Source: Toensbergia leucococca
Lineage: Eukaryota
Length of the DNA stretch: 34,482 nt
Reading direction: 5' to 3'
NCBI GenBank assembly: GCA_022813965.1
Contig: JALDZS010000229.1
Location: forward strand, 1-34,482
Part shown: piece by piece, positions 21,360 through 34,482 of the stretch
Layout: each line of letters opens with the position of its first letter
How positions within the stretch are numbered: position 1 is the first letter of the stretch
The notes under the pieces: generated by a model
Databases searched by the model: none
What the model was told of the DNA's origin: nothing
What the model saw: the letters and a program-made list of their open reading frames with translations, nothing else
Made by a program: the position numbers and the translations under genes

Positions 21360-24300
21360 TCACTCCCTCTTTCCCCCACCCTTCACTACCTCGAGGATAA
21401 TATCCTTGGCCTGTTCCACCCCATCCCTCGATCCCACAATTTCAATCGCCTCACCCTTGGCCTGATCCCTAGGTACCGCGATCTTGCATCCAGTCTGCTT
21501 TCGAATGGAGTTTATCTGCGAGCCGCCTTGGCCCACGACAAAGCGGTAGGTACGTGGGTCGGGGAGAATGAGGTAGCCGACTGATGATTGCTGCTGCGCT
21601 TGCTCGAGCGCGTTTTGGAGCAAAGCACGTGCTTTGAGAACGTCTTCCGGGCGTCCTTGTAAGATCCAAGGGATGTCGCCATCCTCTGCGCCTTTAGCCA
21701 AGGCATCGACTACCTCCCAGGAGAATTTGTCCGACGAGTCTTGATCGTCAGTGATCAGAGGCAGAGCGGCCCCACCGTTGACGCGAGGACGTGCACTAGC
21801 TGTGGGTCTTGCTGGAGGAGTTTGACCGGCGTGATCGACGGTGACTTTATGATCATTGCGTAGACGACGGAAGAACTGTCCGTTGTCGGAGATGGCATGA
21901 TGGAATTTGAGAGGCACTTGTAATGTTTCACCTGCTTGGTCTTTGATAATGTCGAGGATATGCGATTTTGCGCTTTCCACGTCTCCGGGCTGCCCAGAGA
22001 CCTTGACCTCTGAACGAGCAGAACCCTGGAGCGATTGCTTTGGAATATCGATGTTTACTCTGAACTGTGACTCAAGAGCTCTTCGAGTCTCGCCGCCGCG
22101 ACCAATCAGTAGCCGGTGTTTCACTGGTGCTACCTCAATGACTTCAGTCGTTTGATTTTCGCGTTCATTCACAAACGCCTCAAGTGCAGTGACTATTCTT
22201 TCAACAATTTTTGGATTGCCCTCGACCCGGATGAGGTCTTCCGTCGATTCTTGGCGTGGGAATCGCACGGTTCGTGCAAGCTCTCGTCTGTCATCAGTCC
22301 CACCAGCTTCGATAACAATATTCCGAATATTTGAACCTATGGAAAGGTCAGACTCTGATAAAAAATTGACAGTATTAACTCCGACTTACCTCCACTACCG
22401 ATGAGGGCCTTGTGGTATTTCTTATCAATTTTGATGGATCTGGAGATGCTATCATCAAAGACCTTGGCCCTCTGTTCGAGAAGCTTTTTGGCCTCCTCGA
22501 CTTGCTTCTTCGTCCCTCTGATCTTAATTTCCACACGGCCGGTCGGGCCTGCAAGGTCCCGATTACCCGGAACATCGATCTGAGCACCAGTAGACATTCG
22601 AACGCTCTCCATCTCACGACCACCTTGCCCGATCAAAGAAGGCAACTGGCTTTGTGCGACAGATACGCCAGAGCTATGAGAATTATCTATCGTCCATTGT
22701 AGGAGGTTCAGAAGTTCTTCTCTTGCGTCGTCTGCCCCTTTCCTCGGACCTCGAATGAATACTTCATCTGGCGCCTGGCTGTTCCTACTATTCTTGTATC
22801 CTCCGACTTCACTTGCAGTATCTGCAACAGATTGGTCGTCACCAACAGTTGGTGCGGACCGAGGAAATTGTACGCGTACACTGTATCGTTCTTGCAGTCG
22901 ATTTACCAGACTTCCTTTTGCGCCTATCATCTCACGATGATATTGAGGTTTGATCTTAATCACATGAGTAACTTCGTCTTCGAGCTTCTTCCCCATGGCA
23001 AGAATCCTGGATTTAGCAGCTTCAGCCTTTATCTTTGGCCCCTTGACATCAATTTTTCCATTGTTCACTTGAACATCTACATCAAACTCCTCTCGTAATT
23101 TATTGATGTTATCACCCTTCTTTCCGATGAGAACATTTGCGAACTTTTGGGGAAAGTCAAAGCTTGTTGTATAACCTCGCTCCAGGTCATCTTGCTTCTC
23201 TGCCTCAACGAAGGCCTGTATTTTCTCTGCCAATTCGTCGACTCGGTTGATTGGTCCGCGTAGAAGTATTACATGTTCGAGATTTGTTACGGCTTTGGGG
23301 GGCACAGACCCACCATTCGTGGATTGAAGAGGACCTACAGTAATCTGCACTGGTATTTCGCCAGACGCAATATTTTCCTGCTCTCGGAGACCGAATTTAC
23401 GGACCTTATCCTGAAACCTGTCTTTGTCAGTAAATGGTACGAAAGGAGGGAGTAAAATAAATACTTTGATGGTACAGGAAGACTTCTAGAATTGATTTCC
23501 TGCTGCCCGTCAATCATACTCATTATGTGCTCTTGAGCTCGATGTAGGACCCTCTCGAACTCTGTAATCTCTTGTGGCGATGGTCGCTGCCTTGGAATCT
23601 CATATTCTCCTGATCCTTGAGAGGTGGGCCCTTCATATACAAGAAGTAGTCGTGGCTGTTCATCCAGTTCATTAGGAGCTAAAAGATGTACGCCAAAATC
23701 ATCACGAACGCGCTGAGCGCCGAGATGGTGGATATGTTGATGGAAGAACGGATCAACTTCAACATGTCTTATTCTCGCTGGCGGATGTGCGTTGATAAGG
23801 TTCATGATGTCGGATCGTGCCCTAATCGTATTCTTCCCATCTCTTGAGTATACCTCCCAATTCATAGGACTATCTTCGGTTGATGGAAGCACTATACGAG
23901 AGTCATGAAGTTTTTCTAGCTGTGCAATAGCCTTACGCTGCTTTAAATATTCAGTGATATTTCGAGCATGTGTTTGAGCTCCCATGGGTGCGTTTGCATG
24001 CTGACGCGTGATATCCACACTAGCCATTTGCATACTGGCAGCAAGGTTCATGACTTTGTCGACACCAAGATCAATTTTTTCACGAGGCCCGGTTATAGTC
24101 AGCATCTCTGTATCATCGGAGTCTGGTGGTAGAATAACTGCGCAACCAGTCTCTTCTAGTAAGTCATGCAACGAGCCACCAATGTCCCCTAAAATGAATT
24201 GATGCTGACCACGGTTGATGTGGAGCTGTGATAGCGTGATTCGGCGTTGAAGCTCTTCAACGTGTCGCATTATCTGTAATCGCGCTTCTTGGGCTGCTAT

Positions 24301-25613
24301 CCGATCGCCTGAAATCTGAATGTGGCTGGTAGGATGAGGCACGAATTTCGGTGCTGATCCAGGGGATGCTGCCTGAGGAGGCGGCTGATTCGACCAAGTA
24401 TAGTAATTCGGGACATCAATTCGTATTTGTCTACCCTCCTCAAGTGCGTTGACTCGAGAATTGTGTGGTCCAGCAATAAAGGGGTAAAACTCAGCAGGAA
24501 TGTCTCGTAAGCGTAGGTTCACTGTTGAAGTACGTTCATTGGCAATTTTCTCAATCTCTCGTCTAGCCAGTTCCGCCGCTATTGCGTCTCCTTCAATTAA
24601 GACGTCAACGGTCATGCCATCATCATCCATGTCAAGGGCTGAGGATTCATCAGCCTTTGGTATCTGAACGCGGGCCCCTGTACGTTTTATGATGGCTTGG
24701 ACGACAGTACCCTGACGACCAATCACGTGTGCACGCACGCTCAGAGGTATAGGGACTTTTACAGATTGCTATAGCATGGTCAGAAATATCAATAGCAGGG
24801 ACTTTGAACACATACTTTTGAGCCGACTTGATTGACTACATCCCTCAAGGCCTGTCGAACAGCATCCACGGGTCCTTGGCCTTCAAAAATGACCACTCCG
24901 TTCGGGCCAGGCTTCTGCTCTACTTTTGCCTTTGAGCGCTTGTTTATGTCCCGAATTACATCCTGGAGGGGCTTCTTGAGTTGGTCTCTCGGTAAAAGCT
25001 GAGACGGTGCGAGGTGGACTTTTTCGCTATGTCTACCAGGTATTGACATATACTGTGGAGCCACACCTCGAGTTTGTGGTATTACAGAGGCGTTGGTGGA
25101 TGTTGGAGTCAGAATACCAGACGGCGTTGAAGCACGGGAAGAAGGTTGACTAGAAACGGGGCCATGTCCGTTGACACCGTTTGGAGCGTTCGCTACCGAG
25201 GCTGGTTTCTTTGCTCCCCATGCCGTTGCTGTAGGTGCAGAAGTCCGAGGCTTGGGGCCACCTCCAAGAGCAGGGAATGACTCTTCCGACTTCATGTCAA
25301 GAGGAGTTGTGACATCGGTTTTCGAATTGGTCTGGGATTCGGCAGGCTCCTCCCGAGCCTTCTGCTTCCCCGCTACTTTCTCTGAAATCGGCTCATCTGC
25401 TGAAACGAGAATAGGCGCAGGAGACTCCCCTACTAGTGCAGTCTTTGTCGCACCCGATGGTGGGGGATGGACGATATCCTCCTCATCAACAGTATCCTCA
25501 ATTGTAGCCCGATGAGCGGCATCGGCAGCATGCTTTTGCTGGAGCTTTTGGGCAGGAGTCAGGTTGTTCGAGGGAGAGGCACTGCCGCCGTTGACGGAAG
25601 CCTCGGAATCCAT
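21360..25613 (-). CDS. SCP160: Multi-KH-domain RNA-binding protein Scp160/vigilin, 4 exons
   Basis: Repeated KH GxxG loops (VIGRQG, IAGPHN, LIGKKG, MIGAKG, LIGQGG, LIGSGG, LIGRGG, VVGQGG) and N-terminal SEESFPALGGG. Introns 24815-24769, 23464-23418 and 22389-22337 all restore the frame. Confidence 0.95.
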
Positions 25614-26801
25614 GTGGATAAGCGGTACGCTGCAGCAATGATATGGTCTTGGAAAGTGTCCAGAGCGAATGCGCGAATGACGTCAATTCTACGTACTGGT
25701 GTACCAGGGTTGAGACTCGAGAGGATTCAACTTTATTTAAATCTGACGGACAGGCTAATTTCTAGAGTCAGTCCTGGTTTGTGCAGTATGAAATAAAAAG
25801 ACATACTATTCAAAGTTGTCCAAAACGTAGAGCAGGATGGACACTGTGAAGATGAATTAAAAGTATCTTATTCACTCGAGCTGGACTTTCAATGCATGAC
25901 GTGCTGGTAAGGAATATGATCTCGAATCCTAGCAAGAATTAAGAATATATCAGCAACTTGAAGATGAAGAGAGGAAGAGATGAAGAGAGGAGATGATGAA
26001 GAGAGGGAGTGAAGATATAGACGGCGTGACGGGGCAAGCACAGAAGGTTCGAGGTGATTGAAATGTAAAATCTTCAATATGTCCGAGTCTGGAGTGGTTT
26101 CAGGGAAAGTTTCGAGGCTAAACTGCTTGCCAAGGTATCGTAGCCCGTGCCTCGACTCCAAGTAGACTAGTGTCTCCAAGTGTCGCATCGGCTTAATAGA
26201 AACCCTAACGATAGTGATTTTTCCTCTACCTCGATCTTGGGACTGCTAGTCAGGTTCTTACGGGGCTTCTGTGTCGAAAGCGAGTGGTAGTGTGACGTTG
26301 CATATTCCCAGAGAAAGAAATGCAGGCAGATTCTTCTGAGTATCTAATTACCTTGCCATGAAGATTGCCTTTGCCTCGTGAAAAAAGCCTCCTTAGGCTT
26401 TCGGACTGGACACTTTTATAAAAATGTTAGATTGGAGTAGGTGGTTCGTAGCTCCGTAGTGTGCTCCAAGCCATCGGTTCCCATGTGGTTTTGCTTTCTC
26501 GCATCCTGATCGGCGACGGGAAGTCCTCTGTCACAATTTCTTAGTGGAGGAATGATCGATAGAATATCCCTGCTGTCCACGCGATACAGTCTGGATCTGC
26601 AGTGTTTCTCGGAGAGAGTGGAATAGAGCCCGGAGACCTTGGCATATTTTCTCTACGCTACTGCTCTATATTACTCTTCATTCTTGCCATCAACATCGAT
26701 TAGTCGACGAGTCCTGCATCTGTCTCAGCTTTCCCCTCATTGTTGAAGAGGCGGCTATCCTCGCTTCGGCGGCCGATAAAAAGGGGACTAGCCGATAAGT
26801 C

Positions 26802-29543
<2,742 letters not shown>

Positions 29544-30267
29544 TGAGGGGTTGCTAAACCATCTACTATTTAGCTTCCATCAACATTGTCTACCAATTAG
29601 ACGGAATACATTTACAAAGACATGATTGTATCCTCGCAAGACATGGCCCACGTCGGTGTCGACATCAGTCAGATCTCCATCGTACCTAGTCTACAGTTTT
29701 TTCATCTTCAGGAGTCGATCACGGGTGCACAGATGTCAGTCAAAATCTTCTCCACTGGCCCCAATATCCAAGTGGCGAAATTGCACGTATGATCGGCGAA
29801 CTTCCTCAGGTTGTGGATTCTTCTCGGAGCTTCTAAAAAAGGCCTTCATTTCATTCCTAATCCCGGAGTTAATCTAGGATGCAGATAGTTGCAATAACGG
29901 ATTGACGGGCCATGAATGTTTACATGAACATGAAGATGAAGCTGTGTGCTGTCTCTACATTACCTTAGTTGTAGGTAGCAAAGATAAATAAAATTACTCT
30001 CAAATATGCTGGCTGTGACAAGGCGGGTGAAGTCCAAGTACGTGTAGTAGGCTGTAGCACTGTGAACGCCTCACCAGTGACGCGCACCACATGGTTGTGG
30101 CGAAGAGCTACGTCCGGTGTAGAATAGGTGTACGCACTTGTAGGTTCTTCGTTTCCCCATCAATGTAGCAAACTACTCCCTAAGTCTATTTGCTTCATAT
30201 CCGCCCACGTCGCTTTCCATAATTCAAGACATACCTAGTCTTCAAGCTTCATAAATTCGCAGCGACC

Positions 30268-32567
<2,300 letters not shown>

Positions 32568-32989
32568 GGTGTTTTCAGGATGCACTTATCGGAGTTTGAA
32601 AAGGCTTGGAGGCGTGCTTTGATGGGGGATGCGGTCGACACATGACTACGATATCTATGCCTGCATGCTACGCCGTCCATCTCTGCGGACTACGCGCATA
32701 TTTTCCGTTGGGAAATGTAGAGAAGGTTGACTGCTCTATATCTGTATCTAGACTATGATCAAAGTAGCCGGTTGATGCCCATGCTGTAGTCCAAAGAAAG
32801 AAATCCGAGTCATGTAGCATCTCACATCGTAACCTTTTCCCACTCTCCTTACTACAAGCAAATCTAAAACCCACCAAAACCACCCGCACCAGCCTCCTCA
32901 CCATCAACCACCAACATCAAAACCCCTCCCCCTCCTCGTCCCTTCCATACCTCCCCCCACAGACCTCCCTACCCCCAAAAATTGAAATT

Positions 32990-33854
32990 CTACTCCCCCT
33001 CCTTCGCGGCCAAATACTTCCACGCTGCAAACGCCATCACAGCCCCCAACAACACTATCGCATACGTGACCACGCCCAACCCAGCCGAACCACTCGATGT
33101 GCTTGTGGCGGTAGGGGCCGAAGAGGACGAGACCTTGGGGTGGGGATCGCCGTCCTAGAAAAGGTGAGAAAGAAAACAAGAGGAGGTTTGTATCAGCAAA
33201 CATGGGTGCAGGAAACAGTGAATAAGGGAGTGCTGTTAGTGGTATGTTTCTTTTTCTCTGCCGGGGGGTGGGGGATTTGTGGAGGGGTTTGGGGTGGGAC
33301 TGTTGGACTGGGGGGGGGAGGAGGGGGGAAAGGTGTGAAAGGACATACCTGGCGTTTCAGAGGAGCGACCAAGAGGCCTTGAAGGATTTCACGGGCTTCG
33401 TCGCTGTGGCCGACGTCTTCGAAGGCTTCGGTTGCGTCTTGGCCGCCGACGTCGAGGAGGACTTCTTCACCGCCGCTGGAGTTCCCCAAGTGGGTTAGAT
33501 TTTGGATGTGTTGGGCTGGGCTGTTTTGGGTTGGGGGGGGGGAGGGGGGTTGGTTGGTAGGATGAGGAGATGATGGGAGAGATGGGGGTGGGTTTTGTTT
33601 GGGGGGAGTGTACGTACGGGTGCTCGTCGATGAATTCGGTCACGTTGTAGATTTTGTCGTGCACGACTAGGTATAAGCTCTGTGGGGTAGCACACACACA
33701 GCACAGTCAGCCCCACTCCTCAAGACCCCTCCCCGGTGTGTTCTTGAGTATATTCCGTTTTTTTTTTTAAAAGACACCCAGGGTTGGGAAAATGCACCTT
33801 TTTGGAGCTGTGCTCGGCGACTTCGGCGTAGGTTAGCTCTTGTGTTTCGGACAT
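32990..33854 (-). CDS. CYB5: Cytochrome b5 (tail-anchored), 4 exons
   Basis: Exons 33854-33798, 33679-33618, 33475-33349 and 33154-32990 give [71 protein letters not shown]...[30 protein letters not shown], with heme motifs HPGG and GHS. Confidence 0.95.
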
Positions 33855-34353
33855 GGTTGGTGGTGGAGGGGCCGGTTGAGAGGATGGTTGAGAGGGCGGG
33901 TTTTGGGGTTTGTAGTTCAATGGAATGGGAGTTGTAATTGGGATGATAGCGTAGCTGGTTCAGGGTGCGACGGTGTGGATCTATCAGTCTGACTAATTGC
34001 TGTTTTTGGGGGGGGGTGTTTTTAAGGTGCTTGGTTACATGGAATGATTAGGTCCCACAAATCGGTCAAAGTCTTGGCGGCGGAATTGGCGGGAACTTAA
34101 GGAAGTTTTACTGGGGAGTTTTACTCGTGATTATTCAATTGCATGTGGCTTTCTGAAAAGGTCTGTTAATGGCAATATTGGACCGGAATTGCTTGCTCCG
34201 GCACCGGAGCTTTTTGTTGGTTTATCCGCACTCGGTACGGATATTCTATTTACTGATGAAGCATTTCGACTTCTCGCTTACACTTACCATCATTTTGACC
34301 TCCTTTACACAGTTCGGGCACCATATGAATAGATGAAGTACCGTATAATCTGT

Positions 34354-34470
34354 CATATAAGATATGGTCGGTTTACAAGATATACTGCGCTATAAGATAT
34401 GGTTCCAAATCGATTCTAACAGACCGAGGGACTTTTGGTCTATAAGATAATATCTAGTGAGATATTATCT
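34354..34470. repeat. Cluster of AAGATA / TATAAGATA direct repeats ending in a perfect 11-bp inverted repeat
   Basis: TATAAGATATGGT occurs twice (~34356, ~34391), plus AAGATAT (~34377) and TATAAGATA (34441). AGATAATATCT-agtg-AGATATTATCT spans 34445-34470. Confidence 0.7.
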
Positions 34471-34482
34471 ACATGTGGGGGG

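Noticed and set aside
21253..21362. Stop-codon readthrough from scp160 into the duplicated tail
   Set aside because: The readthrough frame hits another TGA after 6 codons and the duplicate lies in a different frame.
25614..26801. tRNA/ncRNA or small genes in the scp160-ste20 divergent spacer
   Set aside because: No cloverleaf or A/B-box pattern was found by eye; the ORFs are short and featureless, consistent with long leaders and a promoter.
34354..34470. CRISPR-like reading of the spaced TATAAGATA repeats
   Set aside because: Repeats are only 9-13 nt with irregular spacing, the context is eukaryotic and there are no cas genes.

Overview
Eukaryotic DNA from a filamentous ascomycete (Pezizomycotina). 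The short GT-AG introns, CTRAY branch points and Aspergillus-like proteins support this; a lichen-forming lineage is only a guess. Two housekeeping blocks: (1) a small GPI-type secreted protein, creD arrestin, creC WD40, gem1 Miro GTPase, an orphan ORF, glyoxalase I, hydroxyacid-oxoacid transhydrogenase and ureidoglycolate lyase; (2) scp160/vigilin, ste20 PAK kinase, hse1 (ESCRT-0) and cytochrome b5. Between them is a ~3.6 kb decayed or low-complexity zone (17.6-21.2 kb) with an EVE/THYN1 pseudogene fragment, a coiled-coil relic and small ORFs. No prokaryote-type system, RNA gene, CRISPR array or intact transposon was seen. Best hidden signals: an upstream exon giving glyoxalase I a mitochondrial presequence; a codon-conserved duplicate of the scp160 C-terminus just after its stop codon; the EVE pseudogene; an intronless orphan with a Gag-like zinc knuckle; and a recurrent C-rich to G-rich switch at gene 3' ends. 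All gene models were spliced by hand and family calls come from recalled motifs, not database searches.
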